A stretch of DNA of 64,000 bases from Octopus sinensis (lineage: Eukaryota): the NCBI RefSeq assembly GCF_006345805.1, contig NC_043005.1, positions 40,424,001-40,488,000 on the forward strand. The letters run 5' to 3'. Under the pieces are notes generated by a model. It saw only the letters and a program-made list of their open reading frames with translations, did not search any database and was not told the DNA's origin. Shown piece after piece: positions 26,331-39,270 of the stretch (position 1 is the first letter of the stretch; each line of letters starts with the position of its first letter). A program made the translations under genes and the position numbers.

Positions 26331-27294
26331 GGAAACTTGATAAAATGATAATAAACCCTCATCATTAGCAAGACTAAATCCCTTATTAACAATAGAACCA
26401 AATTCTTTCACATGCGCGCGCGCAAAACAGAAAAGATCGTTTGCAACATAAAATTTCCTATTTACTTTTCCCGAAGAGGGAATCTTTGTACCAAAATATT
26501 GAAATATAAATGTCCGAGCTAATGTCTGAATTCTCTTGTTTCATTTCAATTATAACTTTTATTGTTTTTTTTTAATTAGGAGTATAAGAAAAAAACATTT
26601 ACTCTGTATCACACGATGGTTCATGCACAGAGCACACACGCGCAGAAACACACACACGCACACTCGCGCATATTTGTCATGCGTTCTGGTATTTACCATA
26701 TGACATACATTATCATCACCATTATCATCACCATCAGCAGTAGCAACAGTAGCAGCAGCAGCCGCCACGCTGTCACGGGTTCTGCAGTTCGACAAAATCC
26801 GACAAGTGGGAAGACTGCGTCCTACACCAGTATCTGTTTTGACCCGGTTTCTACGGCTGGATGTCATACCTAACGCCAGCCATTTTGCAGAGAGTAGTGG
26901 GTGCCATTTTCGGGGCACTACTGCCAATAAGGTTCCTTTGAAACTTGCAGGACTAAAAGGTCTAAGGGGACCTTAGAGAACAAGAGAAAGAAAGGTGAGG
27001 AGAGTGCTACAATTTTAGGCAAGATGATGAGAGTAGTTTTAGGCGAAGTTTGATGAGAGTAGTATATTTAAAGTTATAGGAGAGGGCAAGAGAGAAGTCA
27101 TTGCTGGGAGTGGAATAGGGATAGGAAAAGATTAGTAAGAAACGGAAGGAGAAATCGGTAAGTGTGGTGGAAGGTGATTAAGAAGTATATGAGGGCCGTA
27201 AAAGGTGGCAGCGAATGAAGTCTTCGTAGGATATAAATATATTCATATATGTATATAGTAATATATATATATGAATATAGTTACATATATATAT

Positions 27295-28913
27295 TCTATA
27301 TATATATAAAAGATTCTGTTTGTTCGTTTGTTTGCCTAGCAAAATAAAAGTAAATGGTTCAAGGGAAGTTATTATGCCTTTTCTATATATATGAAATCGA
27401 AATTCTGTCTCTTTTTTTCTCTGGCAAAATGAAACTACCTGGTTCAGGGGAAGCTATTATGCTATTGTCTAACTTGTCTCAACAAAAATTATGCAATAGT
27501 ACAACACTAATTGTGCACAAACTTATGACGAACTGAATTGAGACAAATATTCTCACTGGTTGTGGTACAGGTGACTCCGTCTTCATTCCTCGTATACTAA
27601 TTATACCTTATAACGTCCCATTCCAATTTAAGCCATTACAGTTTCCTATCCCACTTTCTTTTGCCATGAGCATTAATAAAATTCAGGGCCAAACACTAAA
27701 AGTTGCTGGGTTGCAACTTGAAGAACCATACTCTTCACATGGCCAACTTTATGTAAAAACATCACGTGCGGGAGCAAAAGCAAACCTTTTGGCTTATGCA
27801 CTCCGAATAAAACAAAAAAAAAACATTGTTTATAAAGAAATATTCACTCTTCACGCAACATGAATACTTCAATAATTTAACGGTTTTGACTATTACATGT
27901 TTTCTCTTATAAAATAAACACATACAGGAAAAGTAATTCTAAATCTGTAGGAGTAGTCTCTGGTTCAGATTCGAAACTGAATATTTAAATTCTCCTTGGC
28001 CATGCAGCTTATTCAAATGTCAAAACAAACAGTAACAAATGTGGCCTTTTCAGTGCCATCGCACAGTCACCTGCATTCTATAAAGCTATTCTTCTACATC
28101 ATTTAGCTATTTTCTACCTTCATTCACGTTGAAACTGAATCTTTCAATTCTCCTTCAATGATTACATGCTTTTAAGAACCATGCTTTTCACATGACCAAC
28201 TTTATGTAGGATCATCACGTGTGGGACCAAAAGCAAATCTTTTTGCTTATGCACCCCGAAATAAATAAAAAAATATTGTTTATAAGGAAATATTCAGTCT
28301 TAACGCAACATGAATACTTCAATAACTTAATTTGCCATTACTATCATTACATTCAAGAATGACTAAATTACCCATTTAAATGAACTGTGTTATATAATTG
28401 CCATTACTGCATTGATAGATAAAATAACACACACAACTCATTTATTATTGTCATATAATAAACAAACAGAAGTTCATGTATGAAATCCATCTTTTTTCTG
28501 CTTCAGTTATTACATGTTTTTCTTTTATAAAATACACACATACAGGAGGAGTAAATCTAAATCTGTAGCGGAAGTCTCACCCTGGTTCATATTCGAAACT
28601 TTATGTAGGTGCATCCTGAGTAGGAGCAAAAGCAAATCTTTTTGCTTGTGCACCCCGAAATAAACAAAAAACATTGTTCATAAAGAAATATTCACTCTTA
28701 ATGCCGCATGAATACTTCAATAACTTAATTTGCTATTACTATCATTCAAGAATGAAATCGATCTTTTTTCTACTTCAACTATTACGTGTTGTTTCTCTTA
28801 TAAAATATACACATACAGAAGGAGTAAATTATATATATATAATAATACTTTGACTGTGACTCCCGAGAAACAGTAAAAGTAATTACCCGATCAACGACGG
28901 ATATTACTGCTAG
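27295..28913 (+). mobile_element. Non-autonomous Helitron carrying helicase C-terminus with internal tandem duplications
   Basis: The 5' end is TCtatatatatataaaag and the 3' end is cccgatcaacgacggatattactgCTAG|t. Segment 27450-27850 reads GEAIMLLSNL..KLCNSTTLIV...ILTGCGTGDSVFIPRI..QFPIPLSFAMSINKIQGQTLKVAGLQL..PYSSHGQLYV..SR..KNIVYKEI. The terminal coding block repeats at ~28175-28330 and ~28598-28750. Confidence 0.9.
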
Positions 28914-30820
28914 TACATTATATTACGATAAATGTAGACAAACTAATGTTTGTTTTAGAAGCCTTGAAATGTGTATTGTGAGCTACAACTAATATGATAA
29001 TTTATTTTCAAACGCATAAACGCTGAGAGTGGATAAGGTATCCACAGAAAGTGGAAAAAGATTGTCAGCAACCAGCTACGTACATGTTTGTCACATATTT
29101 CAACTGCTAAAAGGCAAATACACTGCAGTCAATGAGATGTACCTAAGAGAAGCAACTCTGAATGCACTTAACCTTCTGTCTACCAATGGGTCCAATGGAC
29201 CCATTTCAGTTTTTTTCAGTTGCTTTTTCCTACTGTTTTTTATTATTTGATTCTGCGCGTGACTCTTACTTTTTCTTGACTGTCTTATTTGTCAAATGGG
29301 AAATATTCCGTATATTTATAAAAGCTAGAAAATTTCACTTTATACATTAATTACCGCATGGTTCCATTGGACCCTCGAATTGAATTCAGACAATACGCTT
29401 GTCATTTTAAACAGAATAAAAGCAGTATCAAACATTATTTTCCTAGATATTTATCAGATATAAGATAGATAAAATTGTATTCAATTTATTTGCTGAATTT
29501 TAGATAAAATAGGAAAAAATTATTTATACATACTTATACGCATAAATATATAATAGACTCTGTGTGTGTGTGTGTGTGTGTGTGTGGAGGTGTATTCTGT
29601 AAGAACGTATTAGAGAACAAAATAGAGCTCGATCACCCTTAGAATTACCTGAGGAGATACAGCTAGGTCCTATTATAGAGGTAAATTGTTATTTAATTTA
29701 AATTTAAATCCTAAAGAAAGAATGCAGTTTTTAAACTCAGAATTGCAAAATAATTGTAATGTTCATAATTAGCAGATAGAATGTGCAAAATGTCTTGGCT
29801 ATACAATCTGTAGATTGGTGCATAGAGACATTAGCGTAGTACTGGCTTCCTTCGTCAGGAGGGGAAATTGGCGGATAGCAGTTCATATCGTGGTGCGAGA
29901 GATATAAAAGTTGCATAAAAGAAAAAGAGAAGAGTAAAAGACGGTGTAGGCAGCTTAAGGAGGGAGAGTGGAGAGGTACATGAAGAAGAAAAAGAGATAA
30001 GAAATACAAAGCGGGGAAAGGAGGGGAGGGGAGTAATTGGGGGAATTGCAAAGAAGTAGAAGTGGTGAGTCGGCGCGAGGAGGCGAGGGGGGTAAGATAG
30101 GTCAGTATTGTGAAGGCACCGTTGATGGGGCCTGTCGTTAAGCGGGTCTTTAATCAATAAGGGATAGTTGAGATTATAGAAGAGTAGAGGAAGAGACAAT
30201 GAATGAAGTAGGGAATGGGATGAGGGCTGGTAAAATAAGGAGAGAGAGAGACGGGGAGAAAAGAGAGATCAAGGCTTTACCTTGTGTGTTTATACCTATT
30301 TAAAGTTTAACCTAACAATGGTAGATTTATGGTATGATGTAATCTGTGAATACATCAGTAAAATTCTACCGAAGTAGCTGTAGTAAATTTTAAACCCCGT
30401 TTCTGTTCTTCCTAGAAACGCCATCGTATGTAGAGCCGACCAGGTCCACCAGTGCGCCTCCATCGTTAGCTGTCCTGTGCCAGCTCGTCTGATTTTTGTT
30501 AGTGGGAGGCATGCAGGGGCCCGTTTCAATGTTGAACAGTCCAGTTTCTTCTGGTCGGCGTCGTAACAAGTTGAGGGTTCTTCTGGGCGGATTGTTGGTC
30601 CACTGCAGATTTGTCGAATGATAGGGCTACCATTTAGGCGGTGGGCCGACACACTGCTGGTCATTGTTAGTCTGGAACCTTCCCGAGAGACCAGAGCGGC
30701 CCTATCATGAGCAAACCTACCAAGAGTAACGTCCTCTCAGATTTACAGAACACGCTGGGGTCCTTTGCCATGAAAATGCCAGGCCCAAGTGGGGTACATA
30801 TATACATACATACATATATA

Positions 30821-30860
<40 letters not shown>

Positions 30861-30961
30861 GCATACATGTACATGAATATGATGTATGTATATATATATA
30901 TATAATATATATGTGTATGTGTTTGTGTGAGTGTGTGCGTGTGTGTGTGTGCGTGTGCGTG

Positions 30962-31004
<43 letters not shown>

Positions 31005-31362
31005 TTGTGTGCAGAGTTGTAGCACAGTACGAAATATTTTTATTGCTTTTTGTGGACCTGTTGATCTCACGTTAGCACGTGACAAGCAGCTTGTGCTTCT
31101 TTTTGCCACAGTTACTTTGACAGGACTCGCTGGAGATCGCTTGTTTCGAAATTCGTGGAAACTAGCATGAAACTATGACTTCACGCCAGTTTCATGGATA
31201 ATTGACAGTCACTGGAAACCCCTGTGTGTATGTGCGCGGGTGGCTGTACACAAGTATATATACGCGTATGTCTGTCTGTCTATATGTATCTATGTATGTA
31301 TGTATATATATACATACATGTATGTATGTATTTATGCATGTATATAAAGATATATGTATGGG

Positions 31363-31415
<53 letters not shown>

Positions 31416-32126
31416 ACACACATATGTATGTATGCAAATGATAATATAGTCATACTACCGTATACGTCTCTATGTCTGAGCTTGCGTTTTTGTGGGCAAC
31501 ATATAAACATACTTCCATGCACAAACACATTCGTATACACACACACACACATACACACACACACACATTGGGGTAATTGGATCACCAAATCTTCATTTAT
31601 TCATATATATAGTTAATTACACTTATGACTCTATTAACCAATATATTAATTTCGCCACGCAACTATTACCCAAGTCGGTGTTAGAATACATGAAATAGTT
31701 CAACACGTAACTGCTTAACAGGATAATTAAAGCCGTATAGAACCAAATATGTGCAGACTCATGTTAACACACTATTAAACAGTGACGTATTTATATCGGC
31801 AAATTGTTTCAGCGTATGTTGGATAATTTCAATGACCTAGTTTTAATGTCTTCATAATTTCATCGTATAATTAGCACTAGCGATGACCAAGAAGCAATTA
31901 ATTTGAAATATAGTTAGTTTCTATATTTTTCTGCCGTTAGAGAAACTAGAGAGAAACGAGAAGTTTCGAAATATTCTGCTCATTATAAACTAGAAGAAAA
32001 AAATGTTGAAACAGAAGAATTCCCAAAAACCGACTGTCAAATTCTATGAAATTTATGATTAATTTCTAAATTAGAAGAGCAATTATTTTTATCACGAAAT
32101 ATCCGCATTTTTCTCTCGCTCTCTCC

Positions 32127-32178
<52 letters not shown>

Positions 32179-32192
32179 TATATATATATATG

Positions 32193-32223
<31 letters not shown>

Positions 32224-32269
32224 TTGTGTGTGTATACATACACATATACATGTATACATATATATATAT

Positions 32270-32410
32270 ATATTATTTTATTCTTTTATTTGTTTCTGTC
32301 ATTTGACACCGTTTTAAGTCTAACAAATCGACCCCAGGGCTTATTCTTTGTAAGCCTAGTATTTATTTTATCGGTGTCTTCTGCCGAACCGCTACGTTAC
32401 GGAGACGTAA

Positions 32411-32447
<37 letters not shown>

Positions 32448-32610
32448 CTGGACTTCTTCCAATTTCCGTCTACCAAATCTACTCATAAGACTTTGGTCGG
32501 CTCGAGGCTATAGTAGAAGGCACTTGCCCAAAGTGCCATGCAATCGGACTGAACCCGGAACCATATGGTTAGGAAGCAAGCTAATTACCAACACAGCCAC
32601 TCCTTCGCCT
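32270..32610 (-). mobile_element. SINE family 1
   Basis: Same head, body and tail as 7163-7513, with an internal (CA)n(TA)n. Confidence 0.85.
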
Positions 32611-32612
32611 AC

Positions 32613-32677
<65 letters not shown>

Positions 32678-32757
32678 TGTATGTATGTTGAGTAATTTCT
32701 ATCATTTTGACTTAGTTAATGGCGCCAGCATTTACAATCGAGAGACGTCACATTCTG

Positions 32758-33960
32758 GACCATTGTGTCAAGAATTGTGTTGCTCATTTCTCTTATGAAT
32801 TTGAGACTAGAGTGAAGATTATTGAGGAGGGTGCTGAATTCTTCCATATTTTCTAGGAATTTGGTCCAAATTTGGAAACAATCATCGAGTTATCTTTCCA
32901 TGAGTCTTCGATATGTCTTCCAAAGATCATGCTTTAGTTCTCTTTATTTTTTAAAATTTAGGTTTTGTTACAAGTATCCCAATACTGAGTTCGCGAAAGC
33001 TGGAGCAAATTGTGTCCCCATAGCTGTGCCTCGAATTTGGAGGTAGCTTTTTCCATCGTTTTCGAGGATGCTGCTGACCGCGTCTAGTATGAAGGTTACT
33101 GTAAATCTACAGGAGATCACTACTCTATGTTTCTCGACCCAATTTCTTTTATTGCAGTAATTCCCAAATCATGTGGAATGTTTGCATATAAGTTTGTTAC
33201 ATCAAAACTAACAGTGAATTGGATTTCGTTGTTTTGGGCAGATGTGACAGGAAATCGATGTCACCCCGAATGAAGCTAGGTATGTAACTACATAGTGACT
33301 TTAGGATAATGTCAATGAGGTTGCTCAGACAATGTGTAGGAGAGGCTGGACCAGCTATAACGGGTCTTTTGTAGTAGTTTTATGCATTCACTACCTTGTT
33401 CCTTTATAGTGATTTGTATTTCCTTTAACTTATGTATTTTAGATAAGCTATAAAAGTTACTGGATTTCGACTCAAAATTGGTAATATAGCCCCTTTCATT
33501 AGGAGTGAGGGAGTTATAATGCTTTAAGACTAAATAATTGAGTTTCTTCATGATGCGGTGGTCAATATTTGAGGGTATTTCACGGTAGAACGTTGTATCC
33601 TTCAAATGATCTTCAGCTAGAGCCTGGTAATATTCCGTATCCATTATAACAATGGCACCCCCTTTATCCGCTTGTTTGATGACAATTGTCTTGTCATTTT
33701 TAAGACGTAAAAGGGCAGATTTTTCTAGTTTTGAAATGTTTGATCTGACATTGATATTATGTCTCAGTGGAATTCTGGAGAGGATACTAATGAACTGATC
33801 TAAATGTTTATTTCGTCCTTTTGGCGGTTAAAATTTTGATTTACTTTTCGCCATTCTGAAACCGGATCGCAATTTGTTTTAGCAACATCAGTTTCCGCAT
33901 TGGAAGGAGTCGTTTTAAACGAAACGTTTTCCAATTCCAGCTATAAGAACTTTGGTTTTG
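32758..33960 (-). mobile_element. Penelope-like retroelement RT remnant
   Basis: Minus strand: NDKTIVIKQADKGGAIVIMDTEYY...SNFYSLSKIHK, VSFDVTNLYANIPH, YLQIRGTAMGTQFAPAFAN, ER*LDDCFQIW (the YLDD tyrosine codon is now a stop), LNNLHSSLKF. Confidence 0.9.
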
Positions 33961-34079
33961 TTAAAGAAAAACATGACAAAAGCTCTGGTAACTCAGCAGC
34001 TTAACTCATTAAGAACTATAACAGGGTTATAATACACCACTAAAACCAAGACACATAATAATATTTAAAAAAAAAAAGG

Positions 34080-34290
34080 ATTGTGTGCTGGCAGAATCGT
34101 CAGCACGCCGGGTAAAATACTTAGCAGTATTTCGTCTGTCGTCACGTTATGAGTTCAAATTCTGCTAAGGTTGACTTTGCCTTTCATCCTTTCGGGAATG
34201 ATAAAACAAGTACCAGTGGAACACTGAGGTCAATGTAATCGACTTAACCCTTCACCCCGAATTTGCTAGCCTTGTCCTAAAATTTGAAAT
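34080..34290 (+). mobile_element. SINE family 2
   Basis: tgctggcagaatcgtcagcacgccggg...gagttcaaattctg...gactttgcctttcatcctttcggg...aatcgactt. Confidence 0.85.
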
Positions 34291-34371
34291 CATTATTAAA
34301 TAAATTATATTTCTTATCCACAGGGACACATTTAATTCAACCTTAATATATATATGTGTGTGTATGTGTGT

Positions 34372-34715
34372 GTGGAGGAGGAGCAATGGGCCGGTGGTTA
34401 AGGCAGCGGACTTGCTACTGTAGGATAGCAGTTTCGATTCCCAGACCGGGCCTTATGAGTGTTTATTGAGCGAAAACATCTAAAGCTCCGCGAGGCTCCG
34501 GCAGCGGGGTGGTGCGGACCCTGCTGTACTCTTTCACCACAACTTTCTCTCACTCTTTGTTTCTGTTGTACCTGTATCACACTGAATCTCCCCGAGAACT
34601 ACGTTATGGGTACACTTGTCTGTGGAGTGCTCAGCCACTTGCACGTTAATTTCACGAACAGGCTGTTCCGTTGATCGGATCAACTGGAATCCTCGTCATT
34701 GTAACCGACGGAGTG
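34372..34715 (+). mobile_element. tRNA-headed SINE, family 3
   Basis: gtggaggaggagcaatgggccggtggttaaggcagcggact...gtttcgattccc (A/B boxes)...gagcgaaaacatctaaagctcc...ctttctctcactc; related to 44560-44865. Confidence 0.8.
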
Positions 34716-34722
34716 ACACGAT

Positions 34723-34768
<46 letters not shown>

Positions 34769-34926
34769 ATATATATATATATATATTCCATTCCAATGCT
34801 ACTACATGAAAGGGCAATAACAAAAACCAATGAGTCTGGTTTTAAGCTACTTTTAAAAATTATTTATTCTATTATCGAAACGAACAAAATTAAGTACAAA
34901 ATCGATCGCTAAGTAGCAACAGACAC

Positions 34927-35035
34927 TTAGACGCGATATCAGTTGTACACATAGATGCAATAATGGTAATACACATAGACATAATATCAGTAATACACAT
35001 AGACGCAATAACAGTAATATAGATAGACGTAGTTA
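34927..35035. repeat. Degenerate ~24-bp minisatellite (4-5 copies)
   Basis: Repeating acacatagacgcaataacagtaat-like units. Confidence 0.7.
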
Positions 35036-35039
35036 CACA

Positions 35040-35200
35040 GGGCGCCGGCGTGGCTGTGTGATAAGAAGCTTGTTTCACAACACATGGTTCCGGTTCAGTC
35101 CCATTACGTGGCACTTTCGGCAAGTGTCTTCTACTATAGTTTTGGGCCAACCAAAACTTTGTGAGTGGATTTGGTAGACGGAAACTGAAAGAGGCCCATC

Positions 35201-35249
<49 letters not shown>

Positions 35250-35362
35250 CCTGCTCGCTTAGCCAGCGGGGTGGCGTCATTTGAAGGCTAAAGCAATGCG
35301 AAGCGCATTGTGACCAGCGATGTGTAGCAACATCTGATAGCCTACTCGGTGACGGTAATGAC

Positions 35363-35398
<36 letters not shown>

Positions 35399-35641
35399 TG
35401 TATTATGTACTATTTATGTATGTGTGTGTGTGTGTTTGTCTGTACTTTATGTGTGTGTTTGTCACCCTCTTTGTGTTTATGTCTTTGTAACTTAGAGGTT
35501 CGCCAATAAAAGTCTGATAGAACAAGTACCAAGCTTAACTGGAATATGTACTGGCGTCGATTCATTCGACTAAAATTTCTTCAAGGCGGTGCCCCAGCAT
35601 GGCCGCAGTCTAATAACTGAAACAAGTAAAAGATAAAAGAT
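35040..35641 (+). mobile_element. SINE family 1 with a ~120-bp insert (35247-35365) nested in its internal (TA)n
   Basis: Head ggcgccggcgtggctgtgtg...ggttcagtccc, then (TA)n, the GC-richer insert, (TA)n, and the tail ...ccccagcatggccgcagtc...aaacaagtaaaagataaaag. Confidence 0.8.
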
Positions 35642-36199
35642 ATATGTATAACAATTTATGCAGTAAATAAATCGGAAGAATAAAAATATTTGCTGAAATG
35701 GCCTTTTATTATATGGTTACAATGTAAGACACAACTTCTTCGAGTTGCTGTTGTATATGCATTATTTGCAGTTTTGTTATCTTTTCTGTGGTTAGTTACG
35801 TTAATCTTTTGTTGACTGCTAGGAGAACGGATGGGAAAAAGAGCGAAGTTAGACAATTAGAGGGGCTGAAAGTTGAGTGGCCTCTCGCATAAGTTGCTTC
35901 TTCCTCCGGCGCCATGTGATAAGAGATAGAACCGAATGGGAATTCCGTATTTACATATTTTCTAATTAAATTAAGTCAGGCTAAACAAAAAAATTTTCCG
36001 TCTCCCATCTGCCATGAACTAAATTTTACTCGAAAAGGTACAAGTTAACAGTTGATTTTCATAAATTTCTCTGTACAAAAGCTGAGAACAATAGAAAGGG
36101 ACTCGTAGAAAAATATAGATTTGGTTTCGAATCTTGGTTAAGAATCTAGGAAGCTATTCGCTACAGCTGTGATATTATTAATATATATACTTTTCTAGT

Positions 36200-36402
36200 C
36201 TAGGCACAAGGCCTGAAATTTTGGGGGAGGGGGCAAGTCAATTAGATCGACTCCAGTACGCAACTGGTACTTAATTTATCGACCCCAAAAGGATGAAAGG
36301 CAAAGTCGACCTCGGCGGAATTTGAACTCAAAGCGTAAAGACAGACAAAATACTGCTAAGCATTTCGCCCGACGTGCTAACGTTTCTGCCAGCTCACCGC
36401 CT
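36200..36402 (-). mobile_element. SINE family 2
   Basis: Revcomp ggcggtgagctggcagaaacgttagcacgtcgggcgaaatgcttagc...gagttcaaattccgccgaggtcgac. Confidence 0.85.
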
Positions 36403-38006
36403 GTATTATTAATATATATATAGATGCAATAACAGTAACACACAAACGTGCTAAGCGTAGCACGCATAGACGAAATTAACGGGAATATACTTGGACGTAA
36501 TAACTAGTACATATGGACATAAAGGTACATCAAATAACAATAAGGATTTTGCCCTAAAATTTGGTCGAGAAACTAGATAATGGAACAAGTTGATTTTAGC
36601 GAATTCATATTGTAATTGAAATAAATATATTTGATTGTGAAATGACAACATTTGATGAGATTTTTAATATTTGCACAAAATAGTCACACCAAGGAAGAAG
36701 TTCAGACAGAACAAATGAGATCTATTCTTTCTGATTATTTTAGTAGTATCTTCATATTGAACTACTTCTTTGCATACAACTGTTCAATACAAATCACATC
36801 TAAATTATTCCGATTACTTTATCCCATACTGTTGCATAGATAACTCTTCAATTTTCTGAGGATAATAAAAATTGCTCAGGAGAGTATGAATTGCAGTTCT
36901 ATAGAAGTACAGGTGCAACACTGACTTTCGAGATACTGAAGGCCCGAGACCGCTTATAATTCGCTCGGATTTGTACTAAACTACAAGCATCTCAATTTCA
37001 CTTAATTATTTAAGTGAATTTGATATTTAGTTTTGGCTGTTTCGACTAAGGCAACCAGCTCTAATTCACAAAAATTAATAAGCCGGAAAACTTTTGGAAC
37101 CAAAGATTCAGGAAAATCGAAGTTCTACCTATATTGAATGTCGAAAAGCTAATATCTCTGCTCTAAGGATTCACCACAAAAATCTTCCAAAGAAGTTGTT
37201 GGTCGAAGTTTTTCCTTTGATCTCTTCTCCCCAGAAACTGAGCCTTATTCGGCCACATCCCTATTCCTCTGCCACATTTACCAATAGCAGTGTATCAAAG
37301 CTAAATATAAGAAATTATTGGTCAATATAAAGATAAAGTAGAATAAACTTAACCAGTGTAGAAAGAAGAAACATAATGACCACTCTTGTTCATAACCAAC
37401 AAATGAAATGACTATCGATAAGCATGTAAACTAGACGACAGTGAGAAAACTATAGCTTCTCTGCAGGGAAAAGACACAATTAAATGAGATCCTAGTACAC
37501 TCAACAGCAAAATACCTACTTGTAGCTAATAATGATAATAAATGAGTCATGACTGAGCTAGAGAAGGCTATAAGAGTAAATTCACCTGGTTAACAGTATA
37601 AAGAACGGATTTTTTCATAGTGTTAACTGAGATAAAAGACAAGTAACAGCAAAGTTAATATAATGTGCAAACAGGTCAAAAGAAAGAAAGAAATAGATTA
37701 ATTCTACTCGGTAATTATAGAAAACGATGGAATGCAAAAACGCAGAAAATATTTCAATAGATGTTACTCAAAATAAACCAGAAATGAAACAATGTGTAAA
37801 TCCGAGGAAGATATTATTCACGGTACTTATCAGATGATTCTTGTTCATCATAATGATGCAAAATGAACGCGTTGCAGTTACAAATTAACGAGAAACTGTG
37901 ACTCTGCAAGTGTACAATCACGAATAGAGTATATATATATATATATATATATATATCTATATATATATATTATATATATATATATTATATATATATATAT
38001 AAAATA

Positions 38007-38284
38007 TTATTCGAGACAAAACCACTACTTTGAAACAAACAAGGAAAGACTATCAATACATAAAATTTTAATAAATAGTCAAAAAAACCGCCACTACAAT
38101 CGTTTTTGTCTTGATCGACAATCTTCAGGACTTCCAATAATTCAGTGTTATTGGAAGTCCCTGAAGATTGTCGATCAAGACAAGAAACGATTGTAGTGGC
38201 GGTTTTTTTGACTATTTATTAAAATTATGTATTGATTAAGTCTTCCTTGTTTGTTTTGCAAAGTAGTGGTTTTGTCTCAAATAA
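38007..38284. repeat. Fold-back palindrome, ~135-bp arms, 7-nt loop, hammerhead core in right arm
   Basis: Arms are 38007-38140 and 38148-38284, with loop ttcagtg. The right arm has CTGAAGA ttgtc gatcaa gacaa GAAAC GATT GTA at 38161-38195. Confidence 0.92.
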
Positions 38285-38356
38285 ATTTATAATATTACTA
38301 TAAAAATCGAGTTAATCATAATCTGAGTTCCCTGTAATTGGATTTATTCCCTAACT

Positions 38357-38387
<31 letters not shown>

Positions 38388-38464
38388 TAATATATCTATA
38401 TATATATATATATATATATAGATATATAATATATATATATATATACATACATATATACAATATA

Positions 38465-38650
38465 AAGGGAAGTTTACGAAATAAACAAAAGACGAAGGCA
38501 GGTGGAGTACAAGCAAACAAATGTATTAGTATAGCGCTCAGGAATAGAAAAAGTTTTTTACGTTTCGAGCCTACGCTCTTCGACAGGAAGATACACAGAA
38601 AAAAACAAGGAAAGAAAAAAATGCGTGTAGTAGCTAACGATCTATCATGG
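38465..38650 (-). mobile_element. Short (TA)n-adjacent repeat with variant hammerhead-like motif; homologous to 62320-62480
   Basis: Shares cgaag.caggtg...gtacaa.caaacaa.tgtattagt...ttttacgtttcga.cctacgctcttcgac with 62320-62480. Confidence 0.7.
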
Positions 38651-38674
38651 CGTCCTGACTTCGGACAATGTATA

Positions 38675-38735
<61 letters not shown>

Positions 38736-39059
38736 CGAAATTTGTGGTTTTCGTCACTGTCTACAATTTTGCTCCAATTATTTTCAAATTTGGCATATGA
38801 ATTAAGTTTTATATTCTAATTATGAAAATAAAATTCATTTCCCATATAAATCCATAATTAAAATGTTATTAGCCATTACAATTTGTAAAATTTGGGTATT
38901 TTAGCCAATAAGAAGAGAGTATTTTACACATCACCGTGGCGAATAACTTTGTTTCCATAGTAACCAAAACAAAGAAGCACCACGTGTGCCATAGCCGATT
39001 GCAAAGAACTCTGTCTCCATAGTAACCAAAGATGTTATGCAAGTGCACAAGGAGTGTAA

Positions 39060-39270
39060 CCACCAAGTGTTTTATAATCTGTTTTCATAACAGATGGGAC
39101 TCACACTCATCGAATTGAAAGCATCTGGGCATCTTTAAAGCGTGGAAACAAAAACCGGTGTTGGACACACCTTCCATGGTTGGTTCTTATCTTTGTGAAT
39201 TTCTGTGGAGAAGGAGATATGAAAAATATATTTTTTTATAAGATCCTTGAGTGTATTGCAAACTTTCGTT
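39060..39270 (+). mobile_element. Merlin (IS1595-like) transposase C-terminal remnant
   Basis: DGTHTHRIESIWASLKRGNK, then after a frameshift VGSYLCEFLWRRRY. This matches the Merlin/ISXO2 motif G.HTN.IE..W...K.....SYL.EF.WR. Confidence 0.75.

Noticed and set aside
29186-29374. 19-bp palindrome atgggtccaatggacccat with a related inverted copy at 29358-29374, after ttaacct (piggyBac-like start)
   Set aside because: There is no matching right TIR or TTAA, so the evidence is too thin for an element call.
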